A stretch of 64,000 nucleotides of DNA from Felis catus. Taxonomy: Eukaryota. Location of the stretch: assembly GCF_018350175.1 (NCBI RefSeq), contig NC_058368.1, forward strand, positions 42,162,001 through 42,226,000, written 5' to 3'. A program made the position numbers and the translations under genes. Below the pieces are notes generated by a model. The model saw only the letters and a list, made by a program, of their open reading frames with translations, searched no databases and was not told the origin of the DNA. Below are positions 38,923 to 50,950 of the stretch, one piece after another (the first letter of the stretch is position 1; each line of letters begins with the position of its first letter).

Positions 38923-40669
38923 TATGACATGTTCTCTCAAAAGTTTTAAATGCACATGGGCAGCTATTGACCAGCTGACACATGGTCTCTGACTGGAATG
39001 ACAGAAGAACAAAACGTTGTAACTATGTGTAAGAGTATACTCTGACATGGTTTCTTGTGTATACTACACTGAGACCTGAAAAGACAATGGTAACTAAGAG
39101 TCACACTAAGATTGATATTTTTGATCAAACCTCTTAAATGGTCAAGAGGATGATCAAAAGGGGGGACTGTTGAAATAAGTTTCTAAGTCCAAGATAAGCT
39201 CCTGTAAATGTTCTGCTTGACCAGAACACAGTACGTCTAGGCAGCTGATCTCCAAACATCAAGCCAACTATGGTCTCTACACTTATTCCTTATTCCTTTT
39301 CACCCCAAACAAGGGGGACTCTGTGGCCCTAGTCAATAAGATATTTTTCTATTTTCCTCTTTATTCCTTATCCTATAAAACCTTTCTGCCCTCTGTCCCA
39401 TTTTGCAGTTCTCCAAAATAAGACTATTTGTTTCATAAAGTGTTAAATTAAGTTTGTTTTGTATCACCTAAATTGTCCTCTCTAACCATTGTTAATTTCT
39501 TATCTGTTCTACTTCTAGGTTTGTTTTCTTTTAGGTTTGTTTTCTTTTATTGATACTTCTAACTTTCTAGTCTCTATTCAACTCATTGAGATTAAAAGGA
39601 TTCCTTCTCCGATAAAATTATTTATAAACTAGGGTTACTGGGTTCTGATTATAATGTAAATTCAGATTGAACTCTATGTCTTCAGTTATTTCTATTTTGT
39701 AAAACTTTTGTATCTCTGGTGACCATGAATTCTTTGTTGTACAATTGTACGTTAAAGGTGGAAATGTTTCTCTCCATTTTTATGTTCAGCTGAAAGCAGT
39801 ATTTTACACTAGATAAATAAGTACAATCATGTTTTCCTACTCAGATCTCTCTTAGACCTCTGGATTAGGAAAAAATGAAGATACTTCAGAGGATCAAAAA
39901 GAAATAGGCAACAAGAGGAAAATTGAATCACAGAAATATAGTAGCTATTCCTTTTTGAACCTTACAGAGTAATAGGGTTTATATAAACATAAGCTAAACG
40001 GACCATTTTATATCCCTCTGAGACTTTCTGGAAGCCAAACTCATAAGAGTCATACTTCACTAGCAATGGCACAACATATCTTCTACCAAGTACTTACTCA
40101 GTTTTCATAGAAAAAGGCAGTATTTTAAATGGCATCCTTAAGAGAGTAAGCCAGACCATTTATTTTCTGGAGGAAATAAATTTGGAGTGGTAAATGATGC
40201 AGGAACTTTTTTTTATTAAGTCATCCTAATTTCATAGCAGTTCTACAAACTCTGTGACCAGAATCCCCAACTTAAAAATAAAAACATCTGTTAATTGTTC
40301 CTGTATGAAATTGTTATCCTTATGTGAGGATTTTTGTGGTACACTCAATTCCCAATGTGCCGTAATATCATAACTGGAAATAATTAGCAACATGTCTAGA
40401 AGATTTAGCTAAGAAACATGTTAATTTGGCCTGGAGATAGTTCTTTTATCTTGCACATTTATTTTCACAGATTTCTTACTGAGTTTGTCTATATGATTTT
40501 ATGTCAACTGACTACTCAAAATTGCATACTATATGAACACTGCTTTTATAAAATGTTGAGAGTTGTTTTCTTTATTATTGAATTTTATGCCTCAATCTAT
40601 ATCAATAATTTGAACATGTCAGTATAAAGCAGCATGAGTCAGCTCACTAGTCCCTTAGCTTTTCATTCT

Positions 40670-41100
40670 TTTTCTTTTAACTTCATTGAGGAATAACTGA
40701 CATAAAATTATGTATATTTAAAGTGTACAATGTGATAATTTGATATACATATACATTATAGAATGATCACCAAGACCAAGATAATGAACACAATCATCAC
40801 TTTGCATTAGTTAATATAGGTAACTTTTGTCTGTGTGTTGTGAGAATGCTTAAGATCCACTATCAGCAGCTTTCAAGTATACAATACCATAGTCCATGCT
40901 GTTCATTAGACCCTTAGAACTTATGTTTCTTACAACTGAAAATGTGTACCCTTTGATGTATCTCACTGTTTCCCTTTCTCCTCAGCCCCTGGTAACCACC
41001 ATTCTATTCTGCTTATGTGAAATTGGCCTTTTTTTTTTATTCCACATGTAGGTGATAACATACTTTCTTTTTTATTTTGCTAGGCATAATGCCCTCCAGA
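40670..41100 (-). mobile_element. LINE-1 (L1MA-like) 3' UTR, antisense
   Basis: 'tatatttaaagtgtacaatgtgataatttgatatacatatacatt...cagcccctggtaaccaccattctattct'. Confidence 0.85.
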
Positions 41101-41113
41101 TACTAACAGCATA

Positions 41114-41676
41114 CATTTGACTCTCATGGGTGGTGGTGGGGAGGGTATGGGACACCATCCTCTCCCCCCTTGCAGTGGAAAATCTGCATATAACTTTTAA
41201 CTCCCCCAAAACTTAACTACAAATAGTATATTGTTGACTGGAAACCTTACTGATAACATAGACAGTTGATCAACACATATTTTGTATGTTATATGTATTA
41301 CATACTATATACTTATAATGACATAAACTAGAGAAAAGAAAATGTTAATAAGAATACTATAAGGGAGAGAAAATACATTTACAGTACTATACTGCATTTA
41401 TAAAAAAAAAAAAAAAAATCCGGGCACTGTGGTGGCTCAATTGGTTAAACATCCAACTCTTGATTTAGCCTCAGGCCATGATCTCACGGTTTGTGAGATC
41501 AGGCCCAGGGTCAGGCTTTGAATTATTTGGGATATTCTCTCTCCCTCTTTCACCACCACTCCCCCACTTGCACATGTGCTCTCTGACTCTCCAAAAATAA
41601 ATGAATAAAGCTTAAAAAAAATCCACGTGTAAGTGGACCCATTCAGTTCAACCTTGTGTTGTTCAAGGATCAAGTG
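41114..41676. mobile_element. Tigger2a/MER28-like TcMar-Tigger element interrupted by a Can-SINE
   Basis: 'gaaaatctgcatataacttttaactcccccaaaacttaactac...agtggacccattcagttcaaccttgtgttgttcaaggatcaagtg'. Confidence 0.85.
41421..41613 (+). mobile_element. Can-SINE nested in Tigger2a
   Basis: 'ggtggctcaattggttaaacatcc'; flanked by aaaaaaatcc on both sides. Confidence 0.88.
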
Positions 41677-42600
41677 TTAATATGTTTCATTTAATACATA
41701 AGCACACACATATACTGTATACTTAGGTATTAGAATTTTTTATTTACACACATAAACATATGTATAGGATTTATTTACTTCATGTATTTACTTTTGTCTC
41801 TGCATGCAGATCTTGAGTATACAGCAGGCTCAGTAATTTCAAATTTATCCATAATTACTAGGGAATGAATATCTCTGATGAAATTGGTTAAAAAGTTAAA
41901 ATGTATATGCTTAATGGATGACCAATATTCAAAGATTTAGAACTTGTATCATATCAAGCAAATCCTACTTTCAATTACTGACATGTTTCAGTCATAATTA
42001 TGAATAGAAGTTTTTACTATGCAGTGCTACAGCTATGTTGAACAAGAAATTAGTCTGAATTTGTGATACCTTAGAGTTTTTAAATCATTAACCTATTATT
42101 GATTTTCATTATTACTTTTAAAAGATATGTTTTAAATAAAGACAATTGACTTCTCTGAATTCTGGATGGATATAAGCTACTACTTATGTACCATATGGGT
42201 ATTATTCATATATTTGTATATAAGAACTGTATTGTGAGACTTTAACATATATTTCAAATAGTTTTGAGTTTTTAGAGCCTGTAGTATACACTCATCTATA
42301 CATTTAAAAATGCAATGTAAAATATTAAAGACATGTAAAATTATTGAGAAATAGAAATGTATTCTATCTCATATTAGATTATAAATTTAACAATACTAAA
42401 AATTATATATGTAAACGAATTTGAGACTATATTTACATGCTAAACAGAAAAAGTGACTCTACTTTTAATATGTTTACGTTTTTAGTTTTCCATAATTTTT
42501 AAAATATAAAAATTAAGTCATTTTTATGATTACAGTATTTTCACATATCTAACAAAGACAGCATACTGAATCATGCCCCATTTAAAAATGGGGCATTATA

Positions 42601-42816
42601 GTGGCTCCTGGGTGGCTCAGTCAGTTAAGCATCTGATTTCGACTCAGGTCATGATCTCCTGGCTCATGAATTTAAGCCCCACATTGGGCTCTGAGCTGAC
42701 AGTCCAGAGCCTGCAGCCTGCCTCAGATTCTGTGTCTCCCTCTCTGCCCTCCCCACTTGTGCTCGCTCTCTCTCTCTCAAAAATAAATAAACATTAAAAT
42801 TTTTTGAAAAAATAAA
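42601..42816 (+). mobile_element. Can-SINE
   Basis: Perfect 18-bp TSD taaaaatggggcattata (42583-42600, 42817-42834). Confidence 0.95.
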
Positions 42817-42872
42817 TAAAAATGGGGCATTATATACATGTTTCCAATTTAATGCAAAAAGTATAAAGTATT

Positions 42873-43091
42873 GGGGCGCCTGGGTGGCTCAGTCGGTTAA
42901 GCAGCCAACTTCGGCTCAGGTCATGATCTCGCGGTCTGTGAGTTTGAGCCCCGCGTCGGGCTCTGTGCTGACAGCTCAGAGCCTGGAGCCTGTTTCAGAT
43001 TCTGTGTCTCCTTCTCTCTGACCCTCCCCCATTCATGCTCTGTCTCTCTCTGTCTCAAAAATAAATAAACGTTAAAAAAAAATTAAAAAAG
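42873..43091 (+). mobile_element. Young felid Can-SINE
   Basis: ggggcgcctgggtggctcagtcgg; TSD aagtataaagtat (42859-42871, 43092-43104). Confidence 0.97.
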
Positions 43092-45519
43092 AAGTATAAA
43101 GTATCATTTATAAAGACAATCCCTTCAAAATATTTAATTAAGTATAGGCAGATTTTAATAAATAAGCCATGAATATATAGGGAAAAAACATAGATTAAAT
43201 AATTAAAAATAGAGATTTTATAATATAGAGTGAAAGTAACAATTTTGCAAGTTGCTTCTTTATATCAAAGGGTTAGCCAAGGATTTCCTTTGATAACAAA
43301 TTTTCATAAGACATCTTAATATAATGTTAACTGCATGTGATAATGCATTGATCTTTCAGGAACACAGATTAGTTATTGACAATGCTTAAAATCTCGCCCT
43401 ATTCTCAAAGCATATTTTGGTTCATCTCAGCCACTGTGCCCTAATATTAAGTATTAAACATTCTAAGTAATTTTAGACAGAGCTCATAAAATTGTCCAGG
43501 ATATTTGCAGTATATTTTAGTTTCAGACCACAAAGAACTTGTTTTAGTGAACAAAACTCATTTCTCTGACACTATATTACATCAGTCATCAAAAATGTCA
43601 GGTTTTCTGATTTCCTTTTCTATGCAGTTATCTCATCTTATGTGTTCACCCAGTCAACCAAAATTTATAAAACATGTAATATTTATGAAACATTCTTCTT
43701 AGGAAGGCACCATGTGGACTTCTAAAATGAATGGTACCTAAGCAACTTTGTTAGAGCCTTAGTTGTTTGTATCCAAAAATTCCTTTCATTATTTATTAAA
43801 TAGTCAAAATTAATCAATTCAACTTAAGCCATTAAAAACATTTTACTTATTAATACAAAATTGCAATCTATTGAATCGATTTAACTACTTCAAATCTATT
43901 TTTTAACAACTTGTCTTAACATACTAAGATATTTTCAACAAAATTTATTCTTTGACTTGTCAAAGGTAGCTTGGACTAAATTTTTAATTCCACTTTCCTT
44001 TGCTTGAAATAATATGTATATAGCTAAACGTTCAAAAAATGTTAAGTCCAATTGGACATAGGATTATTAAACTTGATTTTCTAATTCAAAAAAAATGAGC
44101 AAGGTGAGAGAATGGAACATATTCCAGAAATATCCCAAGGTCTGAAGTCCATCCAAAAGATTATACCCACATAAAAGGATGGGTTTTTGTAGCTTTCTTT
44201 GTGTCCCAACACTAAAGATTTCAAGCCACAGGAGACTTCTATTATCAGCATAGTCAACAAATTAAGAATAGAAGCTAAACTCTTCAGGAATAAAATAGCC
44301 CCATTAAGTTTAAGATACTTATGTTTATTCTGTTATAATCTACAACATGGCATTCTTTAATTTTAATTTGCTAGCATTTTCTAATCATCTGAAAGAGAAA
44401 CATGGTTCTAGAATGCTTTCATTCCATATGGCCTGTCACTAAAGGACACATGGAACAAATGCAAATGCACTTGCTACTTTAGGATACATTGTATTTTTTT
44501 CATAGCATATTTGAGGAGCATTGAGGACCAGTACTAAACTTTACTTGTATAAATTCTCAGTATCATGAAGCAGGGTATTTCAAAAGCTCTAACAAAGTTT
44601 AATGCAAGTTTGTTAGGTTATCTGTTTAGCTAAATCAAAATTGCCAAAGTAGTGATAAAAGTCGACTGTCTCAACAAAATCAACATGATGAAATTCCTGT
44701 TTTCTCACACACCCAAGCAACTACTCCACATGAACGCATCTATTCAAGAATTTGGCTGATAGACAACCAGCTTGATAAAATAAATGGTGCCAAAAGAAAT
44801 CACAAAATACATGACACTATAGAAGGAAGCTATTCTCATTTATTTAAAATATTATACTAAGTGTTTGCATATTGATCATAATCATTGACTTGGTAAGGCA
44901 TTAATATTTATCCTTAAAGAAACAGTAAATTTAGTAAAATGCATTACCTGTATAAAATTACATTTCTAGTATCAAATTAAAACCTAGAGACTCCTTAAAG
45001 ATTTCAATAAAACTACCCAAAGAATGAGTGCATTTAACATTCCAGAATCATTTTTAGGATGATAGAAAGATAACTTGCATGTTAAAGACCATATTGTATA
45101 ACATATTCAAGGACTTACATAAATCATTCCCTGAGCTTGAATTCACCACATGGTCATGGAATGGATTCCAAAATGGCACAATGTCAGGAAAGCACTGACA
45201 ATAGCACTTATTAGCATATTACTCTCCAGGATTCCCTGAAAAAATGCAAATGATGTCTGTTCTGGGTTTGGTTCTTCTTGTTGTGGCTAATGTAGATGCA
45301 TACTAATAAAGGTCATGATTAAATTCCATTAAAAAGAAAGAGGCAATATAAAGAATGTGGATTTTCAAGTTAGAAAAATCTGAGATGAAATCTCATTTCT
45401 ACACTACTAGATCTGTGATCTCAAACAATTAACACCTGTGAGTCTCAGTTTTCACTCCTTTGTAATTGGAATAATATACTGTTTACTCAATATGTATTAA
45501 AGAGATTACTATGTTCTTG

Positions 45520-46520
45520 CCAATATAGTTAATCCAGGGAATGCATCAATGAACAAAATAAAAACCCTGTCTTATGGTGGTGGAGTCAATTACATATAAA
45601 GCCAAATAAAATAATATCAGAGTTATATGGGCTGTGAAGAAAATAATGCAGAACTAAAGAGCGAAAAGGGAAGAGGGGGAGACTTTTAAAATATGGAATC
45701 AGGAAAGATCTCTCTGAAGAAATGGCTTTTGAGCAGAGACCTAAATGATAAAAAGAGGCCATATTCTGGACAGAAAGAAGAAGCAAAAAACTCAAAGCAT
45801 ATAAAAAGTTTAAGTTTTGGTTTCTGCAAAGCAATTCAGGGCTGTGGTAAGTTGAGTAATGACTCCCAAAGATATGTAAGTCCTCATCCCTGCAAACTGT
45901 GAATGCTACCTGATAGGACAAAAGGGACTTTGCAGATGTGATGAAGATTCTTGAGGTGGGATAATGACCCTGGATTACCAGTAATTACATGTGTTTTTTG
46001 TAAAACGGAGGCAAAAGGAGAATTGACTCAGAGGGTGGTAGGAGATGTGAAGCCAGAGACTGGAGTGGTGCAAAGAATGGGTCACCAGTTAGGGATGCAG
46101 GAAGTAAGAAAAACAAGCAAATAGATTCTCCCCCAGCATTTCCAAAAGGAACAATCCACTGACATCTTGACTATAGGTCAGCGAAACTGATTTTGAAATT
46201 TCATAGGTAACTTTGTGTTATTTTAAGCCTCTAAGTTTATGGTAATTTGGACAGCAAGAATAGAAAAGGATACTCTGAGCACCAGATGATGGTAAATTAT
46301 ACCTGGGGAGTGGTGGTGACTGAGGTAGAGAAAATGCTGAGGTGTGGGTTATATTTTGAAGGTGGTGTAGACAGGACTTGCTGATAGTTAGGATTTGTGG
46401 AGTGAACACATCCAAAACCATGGAGAAACTGGGTGATTGTGCACCATTTACAAGAGATGGCTAAGCCTAAACAAAGATGGTAGGAAATGGTGGAAAGCGA
46501 ATCAAGAGTTCATATCTTCT
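45520..46520 (-). mobile_element. L2 fragment split by an MLT1 LTR
   Basis: 'tttgagcagagacctaaatga' before the LTR and 'atattttgaaggtggtgtagacaggacttgctgat' after it. Confidence 0.55.
45843..46273 (+). mobile_element. MLT1D-like ERVL-MaLR solo LTR
   Basis: 'tgtggtaag...cccaaagat...caaaagggactttgcagatgtgat...ttttaagcctctaagtttatggtaatttg...agcaagaatagaaaa'. Confidence 0.8.
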
Positions 46521-46676
46521 CCATGTTCTATTTTAAGCAATGGAGTTGTTTTAAACGTTAATTAATGAATGGGTAACAAAGAGATTCAGCTAAAAATAAT
46601 GAACAGGGACAGTAAGGATGATAGTCCCTTTTGCCCCCACGGGACAGTTAGAGGACATTATTAAAAGACAGAAAAA

Positions 46677-46890
46677 GGGGTGCCTGGGTGGCTCAGTTAA
46701 GCATCCAACTCTTGATTCAGCTCAGGTCATGATCTCATGGTTCGTGAGTTCAAGCCCCGCATCAGGCTCCACATTGTTACCACGGAGCCTGCTTGGGATT
46801 CTCTCTCTCCCTCCCTCTCTGCCCTTCCCCCACTCGCTCTCTCTGTCTCTCTTTCAAAATAAATAAATAAACCTTTAAAAATTAAACAAA
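46677..46890 (+). mobile_element. Can-SINE
   Basis: ggggtgcctgggtggctcagttaag, CT-rich segment, A tail; flanks aaaagaca on both sides. Confidence 0.95.
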
Positions 46891-47788
46891 TAAAAGACAA
46901 AAACAAAAACAAAAAAATGACTTCCCCAGAGATCACATTATCAATAATTAGTAATTAAACAATAAAACCAACCATTATTTAAAAAAAATTTACTGAATAT
47001 AAAAATAGATCTCTTCTCTCTATCCAGTTTCTTAGAAGTAAAATTGCAAACATATTCACTTACTAATTAAATTCAAGCCAGTATCTTAACAACATCTGAG
47101 GAAGATACTGGCACACAGAAGAAATAACATAGAATACTAAGTTTAAAACATGAAAGTACTAATAACTAATTTATAGGGCTGATGTAGGGATAAATGAAAG
47201 CATAAATGAAAATCAGTACACCTGTAGTATATAGAGGTAAATCAAGGCACAATTTGGGACTTCAAAGTCCTATGTGGTAGTCAGTTTTATCCTAAACACA
47301 AAATAATTCCAAAATTCCTGTGATATAACCACTTTAGGAGATAAATATAAATACAGCACTCCAAAATTAAACTAATGACAACATTACTGAAAACAGGACT
47401 AAATACTAAGTCTGCCCCTAGTTATAAAAGTATATACTTCTTCTCCAACACATATGAGTCTTTTAATTATGCTATTTAATCAACATTTTGAGGTAAAACC
47501 AGCAGCATCTATAAACAATACTACATACCATTAATCATCTAAGAAAATCATTGTTTTTTAAGTCTATCAGTACATGATGTTTTAGAACAGTAGGAAAAAG
47601 CTAAAATAATTAAGATGTCCATAAATCACTCATCTGTCTTAGTCAACACTAACATAGTATACTAAGGAAAAGTGACAAAGAGTGCAGGGAATCAGAGAGA
47701 AGGCATCAAATAAAAAACTTTTTTAAAGGAATTTGAATAAATTATTAAATGTACCCTGAAGATCCACAGTGATTGTTCCTTAAATGTT

Positions 47789-50108
47789 CATGAAGGCCAT
47801 ATACAAAACAAAAAACAAAAAAAACAAAAAAAACAAAAAAACAAAAAACAATAAAAAAACCCAACAGGTAATATTGTCCTCAATGGTGAATAACTGAGAG
47901 CTTTCTCCCTAAGGTCAGGAACACAGACAGGAATGTCCACTTTCACCACTGTTATTCAACATAGTATTGGAAGTACTAGCCTCAGCAATCAGACAACAAA
48001 AAGAAATAAAGGGCATACAAATAGGCAAATTTTTTTGTACTAAAAATCTATAAAATACCTAGGAATAAATCTAACCAAAGAGGTAAAAGATCTATACACT
48101 GAAAACTATAGAAAGCTTATGAAGTAAATTGAAGAAGACACAAAGAAATGGAAAAACACTCCATGCTCATGGATTGAAAGAATAAATATTGTTAAAATGT
48201 CGATAGTACCTAAAGCAATCTTACATATTCAATGCAATCCCTATCAAAATAACATGAGCATTCCTCACTGAGCTAGAACAAACAATCCTAAAATTTTTAT
48301 GGAACCAGAAAAGACCCCAGATAGCCAAAGTCAGGTTGAAAAAGAAAAACAAAGATGGAGGCATCACAATTATGGACTTTAAGCTGTATTACAAAGCTGT
48401 AATCATCAAAACATATAGTATGATACTGGCACAAAAACAGATATATAGATCAATGAAACAGAATAGAGAACCCCGAAATGGACCCACAGAGATAAGGCCA
48501 CCTAATCTTTGACAAAGCAAGAAAGAATATCCAATGGAAAAAGACAGTCTCTTCAGCAAATAGTATTGGGAAAACTGGACAATGACATGCAGAAAAATGA
48601 ACCTGGACCACTTTCTTACACCATATACAAAAATAAACACAAAATGGATAAAAGACCTAAACATAAGCAAGACAGGAAGCCAACGAAGTCCTAGAGGAGA
48701 AAACAGGCAACAACTTCTTTGACCTTGGCTGCAACAGATTTTTACTTGACATGTCTCTGGATGCAAGGGAAACAAAAGCAAAAATGAAGTATGGGGGAGG
48801 GCACCTGAGTGACTCAGTCAGTTAAGTGTCTGACTTCAGCTCAGGTCATGGTCTCATGTCAGGCTCTGTGCTGACAGTTCAGAGCCTGGAGTCTGCTACT
48901 GATTCTGTGTATCCCTCTCTCTCTGCCCCTCCCCCACTCATGCTCTTATCTCTCTCTGTCTCTCAAAAATGAATAAATGTAAAAAAAAATTTAAATGAAC
49001 TATTGAGACCTCATCAAGATAAAAAGTTTCTGCACAGTGAAGGAAACAATCAGTAAAACTAAAAGGCAACCAACAGAATGGGAGAAGATATTTGCAAACA
49101 ACATATCAGATAAGGATTAGTATCCAAAATCTATAAAGAACCTATCAAACTCAACACCCCAAAAAACAAATAATCCAGGGAAGAAATGGGTAAAAGACAT
49201 GAATACACACTTTTCCAAAGAAGACATCCAGATGGTTAACAGAAACATGAAAAGATGCTCAACATCACTTATCATCAGGGAAATACAAATCAAAACCACA
49301 ATGAGATATCACCTTACACCTGTCAGTATGGCTAAAATTAACTCAGGCAACAATAGATGTTGACGAGGATGTGGAGAAAGAGGAACTCTTCTGCTCTGCT
49401 TGTGGGAATGCAAACTTGTGCAGCCACTCTGTAAAACAGTATGTAGTTTCTGCAAAAAATTAAAAATAGAGCTACCATATGATCCAGCAATTGCACTACT
49501 AGGTATTTATCCAAAGGATACAGGAGTGTTGATTCGAAACATGCACTCCAATGTTTATAGCAGCACTATCAACAATAGCCAAAGTATGGAAAGAGCCCAA
49601 ATGTTCATCAACTGATGAATGGATAAAGAAGATGTGGTGTGTATATATATATATATATATATAATGGAATATTACTCAGCAATCAAAAAGAATGAAATCT
49701 TGCCATTTGCAACAATGTGGATGGAACTAGAGTGTATTATGCTAAGCTAAATAAGTCACTTAGAGAAAGATAAATATCATATGATTTCACTCATCTGTGG
49801 AATTTAAGAAACAAAGCTGATGAACATAGGGGAAGGGAAAGAAAACTAAGATAAAAACAGAGAGGGAGGGTGGTTTTTAAAGATAAAAACTGTTAAATAC
49901 AGAGAACAAACTGAGGGTTGCTGGCAGGGTGTTGGGGGAGAGGATGGACTAAATGGGTGATAGGCATTAATTAAGGAGGGCACTTGGGATGAGCACTGGG
50001 TGTTATATGTAAGTGATGAATCATTAAATTCTATTCCTGAAATCCTTATTCCACTATATGTTAACTAACCTGTATTTTAATAACACAATAAATTTAAAAA
50101 GAAAAAAA
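47789..50108 (+). mobile_element. 5'-truncated carnivore LINE-1 (ORF2 RT-to-C-terminus pseudogene, 3' UTR, A tail)
   Basis: Encodes ...[33 protein letters not shown], then [20 protein letters not shown]; carnivore-type 3' UTR 'gatgagcactgggtgttatatgtaagtgatgaatca'; stops and frameshifts present. Confidence 0.95.
48797..48992 (+). mobile_element. Can-SINE nested in L1 ORF2, with its B-box region deleted
   Basis: TSD-like aaatgaagtatgg / aaatgaactattg. Confidence 0.92.
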
Positions 50109-50309
50109 TTATTGTAAGCCATATATCAAAATACTGGTAATAATTTGAGGAGAACAAACACGTTTCTTTATCACTTAGGTGAGTTGAGTTAAAAAATATA
50201 CCTCCTACCACAGCCACATTTGATAAGGATGTCTGTCTCCATTAGATGTTGTCAACAGCCATAAAAAGAAACTAGTAATGACATTATTAAAAATGAAAGA
50301 CAAGTAAAA

Positions 50310-50595
50310 AGCCAGAATCAAAAGGTTACACAATGTAAGATTCTATTTATGTGACATTCTAGAAAAGGCAAAAATATTGGGACAGAAAACAGATTAGAGG
50401 TTACCAAGGGATGGGATTGGGGGTGGGGTCAACAATAAAGGGGCAGAGGGAATTATTGGGGATGATGGACATGCTCCGTATTCTGATCGTGTAACTGTAG
50501 AACTGCATCCATTTGTTGAACATACAGCAACTGTACACTGAAAAGGGTGGTTCCACTGTATAAAATTAATGACTCCGTAAAGTTAACTTAAAAAA
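50310..50595 (+). mobile_element. Old L1 (L1MC/MB-like) 3' UTR fragment
   Basis: 'gattctatttatgtgacattctagaaaaggcaaaa...cagattagaggttaccaaggg'. Confidence 0.75.
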
Positions 50596-50737
50596 GTGAG
50601 AGAAAAAGATATCCCTTTGAAATGTTAAAAAACTATACATTCGTCCTAGAATTCTAAGTTCTAGAATTTATTCCAAAATCTCAAGTTTACAGCCCATTTT
50701 TAACTTAGCAAATCTTTATTCAAAAATCTAAAGTTTA

Positions 50738-50950
50738 GGGGCCCCTGGGTGGCTCAGTCGGTTAAGCGTCCGACTTCGGCTCAGGTCATGATCTCAAGGT
50801 CTGTGAGTTCGAGCCCCGCGTCGGGCTCTGGGCTGACAGCTCAGAGACTGGAGCCTGTTTCAGATTCTGTGTCTCCCTCTCTCTCTGCCCCTACCCTGTT
50901 CATACTCTGTTTCTCTCTCTCTCAAAAATAAATAAACGTAAATTTTTTTT
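50738..50950 (+). mobile_element. Young felid Can-SINE
   Basis: Perfect TSD aaatctaaagttta (50724-50737, 50951-50964). Confidence 0.97.

Larger units (their letters stand above)
36919..39495 (+). mobile_element. Internally deleted ERV1-class provirus: 5' LTR 36919-37290, internal region about 1.9 kb, 3' LTR 39168-~39495
   Basis: Two homologous LTRs (tggtgaaataaatttctaggcc / tgttgaaataagtttctaagtcc; shared tctaggcagc, cccaaacaagg, tcacct.aattgt); 'tttggtg' after the 5' LTR at the PBS position; PPT aaaagggggga (39157-39166) before the 3' LTR. Confidence 0.8.

Noticed and set aside
48389..49615. ORFs of 60-130 aa within the L1
   Set aside because: Out-of-frame or antisense fragments of a disabled ORF2 that has stops, a deletion and a SINE insertion.
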